This document shows, piece by piece, positions 20,959 to 32,000 of a stretch of DNA of 42,007 nt; the first letter of the stretch is position 1, and the number at the start of each line of letters is the position of its first letter. The DNA is from Candidatus Rokuibacteriota bacterium (GTDB lineage: Bacteria > Methylomirabilota > Methylomirabilia > Rokubacteriales > CSP1-6), in assembly GCA_003221655.1 (NCBI GenBank), contig QHSV01000235.1, positions 1 to 42,007 on the forward strand. The letters run 5' to 3'. The notes below the pieces were generated by a model, which made no database searches, had not been told where the DNA came from, and saw nothing but the letters and a program-made list of their open reading frames with translations. Made by a program: the position numbers and the translations under genes.

Positions 20959-22475
20959 CAGGCAGCTCGTGGCCGCGCGCGCGCGGCCAGTGACGCGCCC
21001 GACACGCCGAGCGCCAGATAGGCGAGCCAGTCACCGAAGCGGGAGTAGACGGTCTCTCCGGCACGCAGGGGCACGCGCTCGGTGAGCGTCGTGCGCTCGT
21101 AGAGCGACGCGCGCCGCACGATCTGTCCGGTCGGCGCGATGAACGCCGACACCCCGGTGTTCGCCGCACGCACCACCGAGACGCGGTGCTCGACCGCGCG
21201 GAACGGGTACATGGCAAGATGCTGCCACGGGCCGCTCGTCCGGCCGAACCAAGCGTCGTTCGTCATGTTTACGATCAGGCGCGCCCCACCTCTCATGAAT
21301 TCACGGACGAGCTCCGGGAAGATCCCCTCGTAACAGATTACGACGGCGAACGGGGCTGGCGGGCCCGGGAAGACGCTCGCACGGGAGCCCGGCTCGAGCT
21401 CAGCGATGAACTCGGCCCAGCCCCTGACGAATCCGATCAATCTCGACAGCGGCACGAACTCTCCGAACGGGACGAGGTGGATCTTATCATACCTCCCGAC
21501 AATCCCACGTTCAGTCAGGAGAAACGCGCTGTTATACAGCTTGGGCGGAGTCGCTCCATCAGCATCGATGGAGCCCACGAGCAACGGGGCGCTGACGGCC
21601 CTGGACATGGCCGCCAGAGCTCTCAGAAGGTCCTCATCACGGCGGAGCACCGTGGGGACAGCCGTCTCGGGCCACACGATCAGATCGGGGTGCTCGGCAC
21701 CCGCCCGCTGTGTCAGAGAGAGGTAAATCTCGACCGTCTTCTCGGCATAGTTGGGCTCGAACTTCAGCGGCTGCTCGATCGATGGCTGCATGATGGCCAC
21801 CTTGGCCTCGTCCGAGGACAGGGGAGCGCCTAGGCGCCAGATCCCAAAGCCCATCGTACCGCCGAGCACCACCCCGGCGAGCGCAACCCCGCCGAGGGCG
21901 GAACGCCACGAGAGGACGAGACAGCCCGCGAGCGCGGCGTTCACCGCGACGATCACGAGCGAGACCCCGTAGACGCCTCCGAGCTCGGCGATCTGGATGA
22001 CGGGCAGGCGCAGGTACTGCGCGTAGCCGAGAATGCCCCAGGGGAAGCCACCGAAGAGATGACCGCGAACCCACTCCCCGCCCACCCACAAGAACGGCGA
22101 CGCGCAGAGAGCCCGGGCGACCGAGCGTCGCGCCAGCCACGACACGGCGGCGGCGAAGACCCCGACATACAACCCGCAATACGCTGCGAGCGCGAGCGTT
22201 GGGCCCCAGGTCAACGGCCAGGGAATCGTGCTGTAGGTCCTGAACGTGAAATCGAGCCACCGCAGCAGCATCAGGAAGAATACGGTCCCGAAGAACCACC
22301 CCCACCCAAGGGCGGCGCGTGCCGGGCCCCTCACCGTGGTCACCAGCAGCGGCGCCAGGACCACCCAGACGACGTCCTCCCAGTCGGTGCGGGGAAAAGC
22401 CAGCGCCATGCCGACGGCGGTGGCCGCGAGGACGGCAGCGCGGGGAAGCGACGGGCGTAGGATCAGGAGCCCCAC
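20958..22475 (-). CDS. lnt: apolipoprotein N-acyltransferase
   Basis: This is the C-terminal ~505 codons of ORF 20958..22823. A GTG at 22475 is the first start compatible with the upstream stop at 22463. It has multi-TM N-terminal helices and a nitrilase-type CN-hydrolase domain with WPE, YDKIHLVPFGE and VVICYE (E-K-C triad). Confidence 0.82.
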   Translation of the reverse strand: MGLLILRPSLPRAAVLAATAVGMALAFPRTDWEDVVWVVLAPLLVTTVRGPARAALGWGWFFGTVFFLMLLRWLDFTFRTYSTIPWPLTWGPTLALAAYCGLYVGVFAAAVSWLARRSVARALCASPFLWVGGEWVRGHLFGGFPWGILGYAQYLRLPVIQIAELGGVYGVSLVIVAVNAALAGCLVLSWRSALGGVALAGVVLGGTMGFGIWRLGAPLSSDEAKVAIMQPSIEQPLKFEPNYAEKTVEIYLSLTQRAGAEHPDLIVWPETAVPTVLRRDEDLLRALAAMSRAVSAPLLVGSIDADGATPPKLYNSAFLLTERGIVGRYDKIHLVPFGEFVPLSRLIGFVRGWAEFIAELEPGSRASVFPGPPAPFAVVICYEGIFPELVREFMRGGARLIVNMTNDAWFGRTSGPWQHLAMYPFRAVEHRVSVVRAANTGVSAFIAPTGQIVRRASLYERTTLTERVPLRAGETVYSRFGDWLAYLALGVSGASLAARARPRAA

Positions 22476-23188
22476 GCCAGCCGGTCGGCGAGAAACCGAG
22501 GCAACCCTCCGCGGCGGATCTTCGTTGCCGCCGTCGCGATGTCGTAGACGACGCGCCGGCTCGCGACCGTTCCCCGCTCGGTGTCCCAGATCGCGTAGGC
22601 CGCGCGTGGGTCCCGATCGCGCGGCTGACCGACGCTGCCCACATTGACGATGTAGCGGCGGCCGCGCTCCAGCGCGAAATCGATCGGCCCCGGCAGGTGC
22701 TCCGGCCCGGTGGAACCCAGCGACCACACGCTCACCAGATGCGAGTGGCCGACGAAGCAGAGCCGCGTGGCGAACGCCGAGAACGCATCGAAGCCGTCCT
22801 GCGCTGTGACGAGATATTCCCATTCGTCAGGGCGATCGGGCGAGGCGTGGACGAGGGTGGCGTCGCCCACCACCGTGACCAGCGGGAGTCCGGCCAGGTA
22901 CGTCCGGTGATCGTCGTCCAGTCGCTCACGCGTCCATTCGGCGGCAGCGCGCGCGTGGGGATTGAACCAGTCGAGCGCGAGAAGGCCGGCCACGCCATGC
23001 TCGTGATTGCCGCACGTGATCGACTGCGCACGCTCGGCGACGATCTCGACGCAGGCAACCGGATCGGCACCGTAGCCGACGAGATCCCCGAGACAGAGGA
23101 GCGCGTCCGTCCGCGGCGCCGCGTCGGCCAGCACGGCCTCGAGCGCCTCGAGGTTGCCATGAATGTCGGAGAGCACCGCGTACCGCAC
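22463..23188 (-). CDS. metallophosphoesterase family protein (calcineurin-like phosphodiesterase)
   Basis: ORF 22463..23335. A GTG at 23188 (VRYAVLSDIHGN) lies 8 nt after the nusB stop. Motifs DIHGN, GDLVGYG, GNHE and GH are present. Confidence 0.72.
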   Translation of the reverse strand: MRYAVLSDIHGNLEALEAVLADAAPRTDALLCLGDLVGYGADPVACVEIVAERAQSITCGNHEHGVAGLLALDWFNPHARAAAEWTRERLDDDHRTYLAGLPLVTVVGDATLVHASPDRPDEWEYLVTAQDGFDAFSAFATRLCFVGHSHLVSVWSLGSTGPEHLPGPIDFALERGRRYIVNVGSVGQPRDRDPRAAYAIWDTERGTVASRRVVYDIATAATKIRRGGLPRFLADRLAWGS

Positions 23189-23196
23189 GGCCGGGC

Positions 23197-23613
23197 TCAG
23201 GAGATTGGACGGAGTTCTTTGTGGATGCGGTCGAGCACGCCGTTGATGAATCGGCTCGACTCCTTCGTTCCGAATTTCTTGGCGATCTCGATGGCCTCGT
23301 TGATGGCGACCTTCGGCGGCACGTCCGCGGTCCACAGCAGTTCATAGACGGCCAGCCGAAGGATATTGCGGTCGACGACGGCCATCCGCTCGAGGTCCCA
23401 GTGCTCGGCGCACTGCGAAATCACCTGGTCGATCTTCGCCTGGTTCGCTTTGGCGCCCCGCACCAGGGCGTCGCCGAACACCCGCGTACTTCCGTCGACT
23501 GGGTGGCGCGCCCAGAATTCAACCTCGTGCGGTGTCGGATCGTCCTCACCGTTGAGGTCGAGCTGGTACAGGAACTGGAGCGCGACCTCGCGGGTCTTCC
23601 TGCGCTTTCCCAT
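23197..23613 (-). CDS. nusB: transcription antitermination factor NusB
   Basis: ATG at 23613 (MGKRRKTREVALQFLYQLDL...). It has the AINEAIEIAKKFG...FINGVLD C-terminal signature and the conserved position after ribH. Confidence 0.88.
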   Translation of the reverse strand: MGKRRKTREVALQFLYQLDLNGEDDPTPHEVEFWARHPVDGSTRVFGDALVRGAKANQAKIDQVISQCAEHWDLERMAVVDRNILRLAVYELLWTADVPPKVAINEAIEIAKKFGTKESSRFINGVLDRIHKELRPIS

Positions 23614-23614
23614 T

Positions 23615-24232
23615 TTATCGGGTGCCGTGAGGCCGCCTTGGACCGCGGGTGGCCTGAGAAAGGCGCACGTGGCCCCGACTCGCCCGTTCACCCGCTTCTG
23701 AAGGGGTCACGCGCGCAGGGCTCCGACTCGCCCGCTCACCTTCTACTCCGCCATCGCGTATGCTTCGGATCCACTCGGCCATCTGCAGAGCCGCCTCGGC
23801 GGCCTCTTCACCCCGGTTGCCCACCTCGCCGCCCGCTCGCGCCCACGCTTGCTCTTCACTCAGAGCCGTGATGAGCCCGAAGGTCGCTGGCACGCCGGTG
23901 GCCAGCGCCACCTGTCGGATGCCCGATGCGGCCTCGCGCGCAACGTGCTCGAAGTGGGGAGTCTGGCCTCGGATCACGACGCCCACGCACACGATCCCTG
24001 CGTACCGGCCGGTCGCCGCCAGGTGGCTCGCGGCTTGAGGGAGCTCGAAGGATCCAGGCACCCAATGCACCTCGATGGCGTCGGGACCGAGCCGGGCGGC
24101 CCGGAGCGCTTGTAACGCACCGGCGACGAGCCGCTGGGTGATGCGCTCGTTGAAGCGGGCTGCAACGATCGCGAACCTGAGTGATCCGGGGCTCCGGGCG
24201 ACCCGGCGGAGCTTCGGGGCGCGACCGGCCAT
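23615..24232 (-). CDS. ribH: 6,7-dimethyl-8-ribityllumazine synthase with ~45-codon Arg-rich C-terminal extension
   Basis: Motifs FAIVAARFNERIT, VPGSFELP, VVIRGQTPHFEHV and GNRGEEAA are present. The conserved core ends near ...ALQMAEWIRSIR, but the frame stays open to the TAA at 23615. Confidence 0.85.
   Translation of the reverse strand: MAGRAPKLRRVARSPGSLRFAIVAARFNERITQRLVAGALQALRAARLGPDAIEVHWVPGSFELPQAASHLAATGRYAGIVCVGVVIRGQTPHFEHVAREAASGIRQVALATGVPATFGLITALSEEQAWARAGGEVGNRGEEAAEAALQMAEWIRSIRDGGVEGERASRSPARVTPSEAGERASRGHVRLSQATRGPRRPHGTR
23671..23740 (-). repeat. imperfect direct repeat, 22-nt core x2 spaced 48 nt, inside the ribH 3' extension
   Basis: Plus strand 23671-23692 is ggccccgactcgcccgttcacc. 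Plus strand 23719-23740 is ggctccgactcgcccgctcacc (20/22 identical). Flanks are weakly similar. The protein shows GERASR twice. Confidence 0.75.
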
Positions 24233-24233
24233 T

Positions 24234-25445
24234 TCAGTCTGGCAGCGACGACAGGAGGTGCCCGAGCTTGTCGCGCTTTGTGCTGAGGTATTTCCGGTTG
24301 GTCTCCGTCGCTGGGATCTCGATGGGTACGCGCTCGGCGATCTGAAGACCGTACCCCTCGAGACCGACGATTTTCTTCGGATTGTTGGTCAGGAGCTTCA
24401 GGTTCTTGACCCCGAGATCCACGAGGATCTGGGCGCCGATGCCGTAGTCGCGAAGGTCGGCATGAAAGCCCAGCGCCGCGTTGGCTTCGACCGTGTCCTT
24501 GCCCTGGTCCTGAAGCTCGTAGGCGCGCATCTTGTTGAGGAGCCCGATCCCGCGCCCCTCCTGCCGCATATAGACGAAGACCCCGCGCCCCTCCGCCTGG
24601 ATCCGGGCGAGAGCCTTGTCCAGCTGAAGCCCGCAGTCGCATCGGCGTGAGTGGAAAACGTCTCCCGTCAGACACTCGGAGTGCACACGGACCAGCACGG
24701 GTTCGTCGCCGGACACGGAGCCCATCACCAGGGCGAGCGGCACGCGGCTGTCCACCGTGGTGTCGTACGCGATCGCGCTGAATTCGCCGAACTCCGTCGG
24801 AAGCTTCGTCGTCGCGATCCGCCGGACCAGCTTTTCCTTGAGAATCCGATATTCGATGAGGTCCCTGATCGTGATCATCTTGAGGCCGTGCACCTGGGCG
24901 AGCTCGGTCAACTGTGGCACCCGCGCCATGTCGCCGTCCTCGTCGAGGACCTCGCAGATGACACCCGCCGGGTAGCAGTCCGCCAGGCGAGCGAGGTCGA
25001 TCGCGGCTTCCGTGTGGCCGGCCCGTCGAAGGACTCCGCCCGGCATCGCCCGTAGCGGCAGGATGTGGCCCGGACGGGTCAGGTCGTCGGAACGCATCAA
25101 GGGATCGACGAGCGTACGAATCGTGACGGCGCGGTCGTACGCGGAGGTGCCGGTCGTGACACCCCGCCGCGCGTCCACGGTAACCGTGAACGCGGTTCCC
25201 ATAGGGGCCGTGTTGTCGGAGACCATCATCGAGATCTTGAGCTCGTCCAGGCGCTCACCGAGCAGAGGGACACAGATCAGGCCTCGGCCGTGCTTCGCCA
25301 TGAAGTTCACCGCTTCGGGCGTCACACGGTCGGCCGCCATCACGAGGTCGCCTTCGTTCTCGCGGTCCTCGTCGTCCACGACGAGAAGAATGCGTCCCTG
25401 TCGGATCTCCTCGATGCCCGCCTCGATGGCCGAAAACGCTGTCAT
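24234..25445 (-). CDS. ribBA: bifunctional 3,4-dihydroxy-2-butanone-4-phosphate synthase / GTP cyclohydrolase II
   Basis: 403-aa ORF. The DHBP synthase half carries [12 protein letters not shown]. The GCH-II half carries [18 protein letters not shown]. Its start makes an ATGA overlap with the ribE stop. Confidence 0.92.
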   Translation of the reverse strand: MTAFSAIEAGIEEIRQGRILLVVDDEDRENEGDLVMAADRVTPEAVNFMAKHGRGLICVPLLGERLDELKISMMVSDNTAPMGTAFTVTVDARRGVTTGTSAYDRAVTIRTLVDPLMRSDDLTRPGHILPLRAMPGGVLRRAGHTEAAIDLARLADCYPAGVICEVLDEDGDMARVPQLTELAQVHGLKMITIRDLIEYRILKEKLVRRIATTKLPTEFGEFSAIAYDTTVDSRVPLALVMGSVSGDEPVLVRVHSECLTGDVFHSRRCDCGLQLDKALARIQAEGRGVFVYMRQEGRGIGLLNKMRAYELQDQGKDTVEANAALGFHADLRDYGIGAQILVDLGVKNLKLLTNNPKKIVGLEGYGLQIAERVPIEIPATETNRKYLSTKRDKLGHLLSSLPD

Positions 25446-26044
25446 GTCGTCCCCCTCAATGCCAGCGAGCGAACCAGATACTTACCGATCACGTCCACCT
25501 CGATGTTCGTCGCATGCCCCGGCTTGAGCCGTCCTAGCGTCGTCACCGCCAGCGTGTGCGGGATCAGCATCACCTCGAAGCTCAGCTCCGCCAACCCGGC
25601 CACGGTGAGGCTGACACCATCGACCGCCACCGACCCCTGGGGGATCAGCAACGGCTCGAGCTCGCGGCCCGGCAGCGTGATCCGCACCCGCGCCGTCGAT
25701 TCTACCCGAGTTACGGCGTCCACGGTTCCCACACCGTCGACGTGGCCCAAGACGAGGTGCCCGCCGAGGGCACCGCCAAAGCGCAGCGGCCGTTCCAGAT
25801 TCACCGGGTCACCCGGAGCCAGCCGAGACAGCGCCGTGCGGCCGAGCGTTTCCGGACCCATCTCGAACGCGAAGCCTCCCGGGTGTCGCTCGACCACCGT
25901 CAGGCACACGCCGTTCACCGCGATGCTGCCACCGACGTCCGCCCCTTCGACCGTCACGACGGCGTCGACCTCAAGCGTCGCGACGCGCGGGCTGAGCCGG
26001 ATCGCCCGGACCGAGCCGACCTCCTCGACGATCCCGGTGAACAT
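25442..26044 (-). CDS. ribE: riboflavin synthase
   Basis: 200-aa ORF starting [10 protein letters not shown], with the duplicated lumazine-binding repeat (..[13 protein letters not shown].. and ..[12 protein letters not shown]..). Confidence 0.9.
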   Translation of the reverse strand: MFTGIVEEVGSVRAIRLSPRVATLEVDAVVTVEGADVGGSIAVNGVCLTVVERHPGGFAFEMGPETLGRTALSRLAPGDPVNLERPLRFGGALGGHLVLGHVDGVGTVDAVTRVESTARVRITLPGRELEPLLIPQGSVAVDGVSLTVAGLAELSFEVMLIPHTLAVTTLGRLKPGHATNIEVDVIGKYLVRSLALRGTT

Positions 26045-27168
26045 CAGTCGCCCGGTATCCCTCTGAGAACCTCGGCCTCGATCAGGAGGTCGTCACCCAG
26101 TTTGGTGACGGCGAAGCCGCCGAGCCGGACGGCGCTCTTGAGCTCTCGTCCAACACCCCCGACGACCGGGGTCGCGTCGCGTCCTCCGACGAGCAGCGGA
26201 GCTACGTACATCGCCACGCGATCGACCAGCCCCGCATCGAGGAAAGCCGCGTGAACCTCCCCACCGCCTTCGACAAGCACTGCCCGGACCTCACGGGTGA
26301 AGAGCTCGCTCAGGAGTGCTCCCAGCTCCACTCGCCCGTCTCGTGTCCGGCACGGCACGATCGTTGCCCCCGAGCCCGCGAGCTCGCGGATGCGCTCCTC
26401 CGGGACGTTCGCGCCAACGACGATCAGCGCGCAACTCGGCGTCCCCGCCCGGACGAAGCGGGCCTCACGCGGCGTCCGCGCCCGGGTGTCGAGCACGACC
26501 CGCAGCGGCTCGCGCGGCCACGGGCGCCCCAGACGCACGGTGAGCTCGGGATCGTCGCGCAGCACGGTCCCGACCCCCACGACGATCGCGTCAGCTTCAC
26601 TGCGGAGCTGGTGGGCGTGCCGCCGGGCGGGCTCACCCGTGATCCACCGCGAGGCGCCGTGGAGGTCGGCGATCTTGCCGTCGAGCGTCATGGCGGCCTT
26701 GAGCGTGATGTGGGGTCGTCGCTCGCGCATCGCGGTCAGGAACACGCGGTTCTGGCGCTCCGCGTCCGCGGCGGCCACGCCCGTGACGATCTCGACGCCC
26801 GCGCGCCGGAGCTCGGCGAAGCCCCGTCCCGAGACGAGCGGGTTCGGGTCACTGACGGCCGCGACCACGCGCGCCACGCCACTCGCAGCGATCGCGGGGG
26901 CACACGGGGGCGTCCGGCCCTGATGGGCGCACGGCTCGAGCGTCACGTAGAGCGTCCCGCCGCGTGCCCGCGGGCCGGCCTCCCGCAGTGCCTCGACCTC
27001 CGCGTGCGGCGCGCCCACCCTGGCATGGAACCCCTCGCCGACCACCTCACCTGCGGGCGTGACGACGATCGCCCCGACCATCGGGTTCGGCGAGGTGAGT
27101 CCGCGTCCCGCCTCGGCCAGCTCAATCGCCCGCCGCATGAATCGCTCGGCCACTTCCGCACCGCTCAT
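26044..27168 (-). CDS. ribD: bifunctional diaminohydroxyphosphoribosylaminopyrimidine deaminase / 5-amino-6-(5-phosphoribosylamino)uracil reductase
   Basis: 374-aa ORF with deaminase zinc motifs HAEVEAL and TLEPCAHQGRTPPC plus a RibD_C reductase domain. Its start makes an ATGA overlap with the ftsY stop. Confidence 0.9.
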   Translation of the reverse strand: MSGAEVAERFMRRAIELAEAGRGLTSPNPMVGAIVVTPAGEVVGEGFHARVGAPHAEVEALREAGPRARGGTLYVTLEPCAHQGRTPPCAPAIAASGVARVVAAVSDPNPLVSGRGFAELRRAGVEIVTGVAAADAERQNRVFLTAMRERRPHITLKAAMTLDGKIADLHGASRWITGEPARRHAHQLRSEADAIVVGVGTVLRDDPELTVRLGRPWPREPLRVVLDTRARTPREARFVRAGTPSCALIVVGANVPEERIRELAGSGATIVPCRTRDGRVELGALLSELFTREVRAVLVEGGGEVHAAFLDAGLVDRVAMYVAPLLVGGRDATPVVGGVGRELKSAVRLGGFAVTKLGDDLLIEAEVLRGIPGD

Positions 27169-28091
27169 GCCTCGCCCACCAGCGCATCAACGAACGCCTG
27201 CGGATCGAACGTCTGGAGATCCTCGACGCGCTCTCCCAAGCCGATCAGCTTTACGGGGACCTTGAGCTCGCGGACGATGCGCACGACGATCCCGCCCTTG
27301 GCGGTGCCGTCGAGCTTGGTCAGGCACACGCCGGTGAGGGCGATCGCCTCGTGGAACACGCGGGCCTGCGCAAACCCGTTCTGACCGGTCGGAGCGTCGA
27401 GAACCATCAGGGTCTCGTGAGGCGCTCCGGGGAGCTGACGCTCGATCACACGGCGGAGCTTCACCAGCTCGTCCATGAGGTTCGTCTTCGTGTGCAGTCG
27501 CCCCGCGGTGTCGACGATCAGCACGTCCAGGGCGCGCGCTGTGGCCGCCTTGACCGCGTCGAACACGACCGCTCCGGGATCGGACCCAGCGGCCTGTCGG
27601 ATGACCTCCACATCGATGCGCTCACCCCAGCGCTTGAGCTGCTCGATCGCCGCAGCGCGAAACGTGTCGGCCGCCGCCAGGAGCACGCGCTTGCCCGAAC
27701 CCTTCAGCGACGATGCGAGCTTCGCGGCGGTCGTGGTCTTGCCCGACCCGTTCACGCCAAGCAGCAGCACGACGGCTGGGCGGTGATCGAGATTCAGCGG
27801 TTGGGCAGCCGGCGACAGCATGTCGACGAGGAAGCGCCGAAAGAGCGGGCGTAGCTGGCCGGCGCGGGTCACCGTCCCGAACATCACCTCTTCCCGGGCG
27901 CGATTGGTGAAATCGGCGGCCAGGGCGGCTCCCAGGTCCGCGGCGATCAGCAACTCCTCCAGCTCCTCGAGCAGCGCGTCGTCGATGGGTCGATCGGTCT
28001 CCAGAACGGCGCCGAGACCGCCAGCGAGATACTCCTGCGAGCGCCTCAGCCCCTCGCGGAGGCGATCGCCCAGCCCGGAGAGGAACTTCAC
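27165..28091 (-). CDS. ftsY: signal recognition particle receptor FtsY (NG domain only)
   Basis: ORF 27165..28229. A GTG at 28091 makes a GTGA overlap with the upstream stop at 28088. GTPase motifs [15 protein letters not shown] and TKLDG are present. Confidence 0.88.
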   Translation of the reverse strand: MKFLSGLGDRLREGLRRSQEYLAGGLGAVLETDRPIDDALLEELEELLIAADLGAALAADFTNRAREEVMFGTVTRAGQLRPLFRRFLVDMLSPAAQPLNLDHRPAVVLLLGVNGSGKTTTAAKLASSLKGSGKRVLLAAADTFRAAAIEQLKRWGERIDVEVIRQAAGSDPGAVVFDAVKAATARALDVLIVDTAGRLHTKTNLMDELVKLRRVIERQLPGAPHETLMVLDAPTGQNGFAQARVFHEAIALTGVCLTKLDGTAKGGIVVRIVRELKVPVKLIGLGERVEDLQTFDPQAFVDALVGEA

Positions 28092-29005
28092 CGGATGTCC
28101 GGGGGCAGGACCATCCGGGTGATGACCGCTCCACTGGAGCCGAGTCGAGGGATCGACCGGCCGTTGAGCTCGAGGCTCACCCCTCCGGCGTTGCCGATGG
28201 TGAGGACGAAAGGACCGTTGGATACCCACTCCCGCACCTCGTTGGCTGGGATCGTCTCCTCGCTGGTCCGCCCGTCTTCCGTACGAACGCGCATCCAGGT
28301 TGTTTCCGTCGTTCGCGCGACGAGCCGATACGGTGAAACGACGCCTTGTGCAGTTGAAGAGGAGGCGGGGACGGGCGCCGAGACGCTTGGCGCGATCACG
28401 TTGGGGGTCGCGGCAGGGCGCTCGGAAGCGCCGGCGCTAGGCTGGGTGCTCGGCGGCCGCTTCAGCGGCTCGGCAGCGACCGGCGGTTGCGCCGGGGCGC
28501 TCTCGGCTGGCTCGGCCGCGGGCGTCGGGATCGGCTCAGGTTGTGGAGGCGCCGTGACATGGATAGGTCCTCTCCCGTCTACCTCTTCTCGTCCCGACTG
28601 AAGTGCCACGGTGACGGCGAAAAGGGCAGCGCCAAGGACTACGAGGAGCACGAAGCTGATCAGCACGGCGCCCCGGCCCCGCCCCTCGCGTCGCTCGCTC
28701 GTGGCGGCGCGGGCCTGGTGGTCAGGCGCCGGAGGCGGCGGCACGGGGAGGCTCCTGGCGGGCTCGCGGCTCTGCCCCGCCCGAAGGTCGTAGAGGGCGA
28801 TCGCCTCGTCGGAGGACACACCGAGCACCTGGCAGTACGCGCGGATGAAGCCCTTGGTGAAGACAGGCGCCGGGAGCGAGGCCAGGTCGTCCGTCTCGAG
28901 CGCCTCCAGATAGTGGTGGAGGACACGGGTTGACCGGGAAAGCTCCTCGAGAGAGACCCCCTGCTGCTCGCGAAGGTCACGCAGGTACGCGCCGACGGCG
29001 GACAT
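28088..29005 (-). CDS. RodZ-like helix-turn-helix membrane protein (HTH + TM + Pro/Ala-rich linker + DUF4115-like C-terminus)
   Basis: It has an N-terminal XRE-type HTH (YLRDLREQQGVSLEELSRSTRV...FTKGFIRAYCQVLG) and one TM helix (VLISFVLLVVLGAALFAV). The C-terminus ...WMRVRTEDG...TIGNAGGVSLELNG is typical of RodZ. Confidence 0.65.
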   Translation of the reverse strand: MSAVGAYLRDLREQQGVSLEELSRSTRVLHHYLEALETDDLASLPAPVFTKGFIRAYCQVLGVSSDEAIALYDLRAGQSREPARSLPVPPPPAPDHQARAATSERREGRGRGAVLISFVLLVVLGAALFAVTVALQSGREEVDGRGPIHVTAPPQPEPIPTPAAEPAESAPAQPPVAAEPLKRPPSTQPSAGASERPAATPNVIAPSVSAPVPASSSTAQGVVSPYRLVARTTETTWMRVRTEDGRTSEETIPANEVREWVSNGPFVLTIGNAGGVSLELNGRSIPRLGSSGAVITRMVLPPDIR

Positions 29006-29047
29006 ACTACGAGCGTAGCTTATTGAGCCAGCTTCTTCACCTACTTG

Positions 29048-32000
29048 CTAAGCGTTCAGGTTGACCGAGACAAGGGTCGAGAGGCCGGGCTCTTCCATCG
29101 TTACACCATAGAGGACATCGGCGGCTTCCATGGTCTTCCGGTTGTGGGTGATGACCAGGAACTGCGTCTGGCCGGTCAACTCCCTCAGGACACGCAGAAA
29201 GCGGTAGATGTTCGCGTCGTCAAGCGGCGCGTCGACCTCGTCGAGGACGCAAAAGGGGCTTGGCCGGAAGTAGAAGATCGCGAAGAGGAGCGCCAGGCCT
29301 GTGAGGGCTCGCTCTCCACCCGAAAGCAGAGTGACGGCCTGGAGACGCTTGCCGCGCGGCTGCGCCATGAGCTCCACCCCGGTGTCGAGGGGGTCGCCCC
29401 CTTCCTCGGCTTCGACCAGCCTCAGCTCGGCGCGCCCGCCCTCGAACAGTCGCTCGAAGAGCCTGCCGAAGTGGAGGTTGATCTCGTCGAATGCCTGGAC
29501 GAACCGGTCCTGCGCGGTGCGCGTCATCCCACGCAGCGCCTTCTCGAGGTCCTTGATCGAAGCCGTGAGGTCGTCGTGCTGAGCCCGAAGGAAATTCAGC
29601 CGCTCGTCGAGCTCGCGGTACTCATCGTCGGCGACCAGGTTCACCGGACCGATCGCGGCGAGCCGCTCCTCGAGGTCGGCCACCCGGTCTCGGACGCCGT
29701 CGAGATCCCGTGCCGGATCGTGACGGGCGACGAGCGCGGGGGCATCGACACCGTACACGCGCCACGCCTCCTGCCCGAGCTCTTCGCGACGCACGCGACA
29801 CTCGGTTGAATGGATGTCGATCTCGTGGGCGGAGGCAACCAGCCGCCCGAGCTCGCTCTCGGCGCCGCGCGAATCGTGCTCGACCGCGCGGAGCTCGGAG
29901 GTCAGCCCATCGTGCTCCTCCGTCGCGTGTCGCGCCGCCGCGTCCGTACGGTCGCGCTCCACCGCGACCTCACGCGCCGCGAGGTCCGTGCGCTCTCGCT
30001 CGTCGGCGAGCCACGCCCGCCGCTCGGTAAGCTGGGTCTGACGCTGGCCCGCCTGGGCGAGGCGCTGCGCCAGGTCGCGCCCGGTCTCGTCGAGGCGCGG
30101 AAGCTCCCGACCGAGCGCCTCGACGCGCTCGGTTGCGGAGGCGAGATCCACGCGGCACGCCGTCAACTCGGCGCCAAGCGCCGTCTCGTCCGCCTGAGCG
30201 CTCTCGATTGCTTCTCGCACTTTCGCGGCTGCCGCCTCGATCGCCTCTTCGGCGTTGCGCGCGACCGCGATCCGCTGGGTGAGCCGCGCGAGCGTGGCGC
30301 CCGTCTCCTCGGCTTCCCGCGCAACCTGCTGCGACTCCGCCGAAATCGTCTCCAGGTGGCGCAGCACCCGCTCGTGCTCCTGGGCGGACCGTTCGAGATC
30401 CTTCTCGCCGGCGAGCCGTTCCGCCAGACGCGCCTGCACCGACCGCCCGAGCCCGGCGCTCTGCTCCCTCAGTGCGACCACGGAAGCGCCGAGCGTGGTG
30501 ACGTCGGTCTGTCCCGCATCCACGACGGCGGAGAGCCGCTGGACCTCCCCTTCGAGGTCTCGTAGCTGGCGCTTGCGTGCCAGCAGGGAATGCTCCGTGG
30601 CCGCCGACGCGCGGTTTTCGCCGCCGTGGAGGCGGCCGGTCGGTCCGAGGACCTCGCCTCCCGGCGTGACGTAGGTCGCCACGACGCCGTTCCGACGCCA
30701 CAGCGCCTCGGCCTCGTCGAGGTGGTCGACGATCGCCACCTGCGCGAGGAGGTGATGGACCAGGTGCGGCGCATTCGCGCCGACGCTCCGGGTCACCCAG
30801 CGGACGCCGTTGTCGTCCGGCCCAGGCCCGTCAGCTACCGGCAGGTGCTCGAGCGGCAGGAAGGTCGCGGACCCAAGGCCGTGGTCGCGGAGATATGCGA
30901 CGGCCGTCCGAGCGTGTTCGAACCGCTCGACGACCACCCACTGGAGCCGCTCTCCCAGCACCGCTTCGATGGCGCGCTCCATGCCGGGTGGGACTTCGAG
31001 CAGGTCCGCGACGGTACCGACCACGCCGGGCAACGCGACGCGCCGGTCCTCCGCGAACACCGCGCGGACGCCAGCCCCATAGCCCTCGCGCGCACGCTCG
31101 AGCTCGGACAGGGCCTCGAAGCTCGACCGGCGCGCCGCCAAGGCCACGCGCGCGTCGGCGAGCCGCGCCTCGGCCTCGATCGACCGTCGCGTTTCGTCGG
31201 CTTCCTCTGCATCGAGCCGCCGGCGCTCCTCCTCCAGCGAGCTGAACTCGGCGGCGGCTCGGTTACGCACCACGGTCAGCGCGGCCCGCTCCGACACGAG
31301 CCGGTCGGCCTCCGTCCTGGCCTGGGCGAGCTCGGCCGCGAGCCGCTCGGCGCGTCGCCCCAGCTGAGCCTCGCGCTCCCGTAGCTCGCCGGCGCTCCGC
31401 ATGAGGTCGATGCGCTCGCCCGCGAGCCGCGTCTGTTCGAGGCGAAGCGCCTCAGCGTGGTCGCGTTCCAGTGCGAGGGCCGCACGCTGGCGCTCGACGG
31501 CGGATTCGAACTCTGCTGAGGCGCGCGAACGGTCGGCGGCGAGCTGCTCCGCGTCGCGGAGCGCCCGGCGCACTTCCTCACGCTCACTGACGATGGAGGA
31601 CAGCCGCTCGGTGGCCGCCCGAACTTCTTCGTCGAGGCGCACGTTCTCGTCGCCGAGCTCGCGAATCTGCACCCCCATCTGCTCGCGGCGCTCGAGGAGC
31701 CTCTCGAGCTCTCCCTGCACCTTCGCGACCGACTGGCGGAGGTCCGAGAGGCGGTGCTCGCTCTCCTGGAGGGCTTCCCTCGCCCGGGCCTCGCGAGCGG
31801 CCAGAGACGCGAGACGCGTGCGCAGATCCTGCTCCCCGTCGCGCACGCGCACGAGCTCGGCGGCCAGGCGCTCACCTTCGCCGGCGAGCCCGGCATAGTC
31901 CGCGGCGACCAGCGCCAGGCCCAGATCGCGCTTCTCCGTCTGCAGCGTCTTGTACTGTTGCGCCTTCTTCGCCTGGCGCTCGAGCGAAGCGAGCTGTCGG

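Noticed and set aside
27165-27200. Expected FMN riboswitch upstream of the rib operon
   Set aside because: The ribD start overlaps the ftsY stop (ATGA), so there is no leader. No intergenic space exists anywhere in ribD-ribE-ribBA-ribH.
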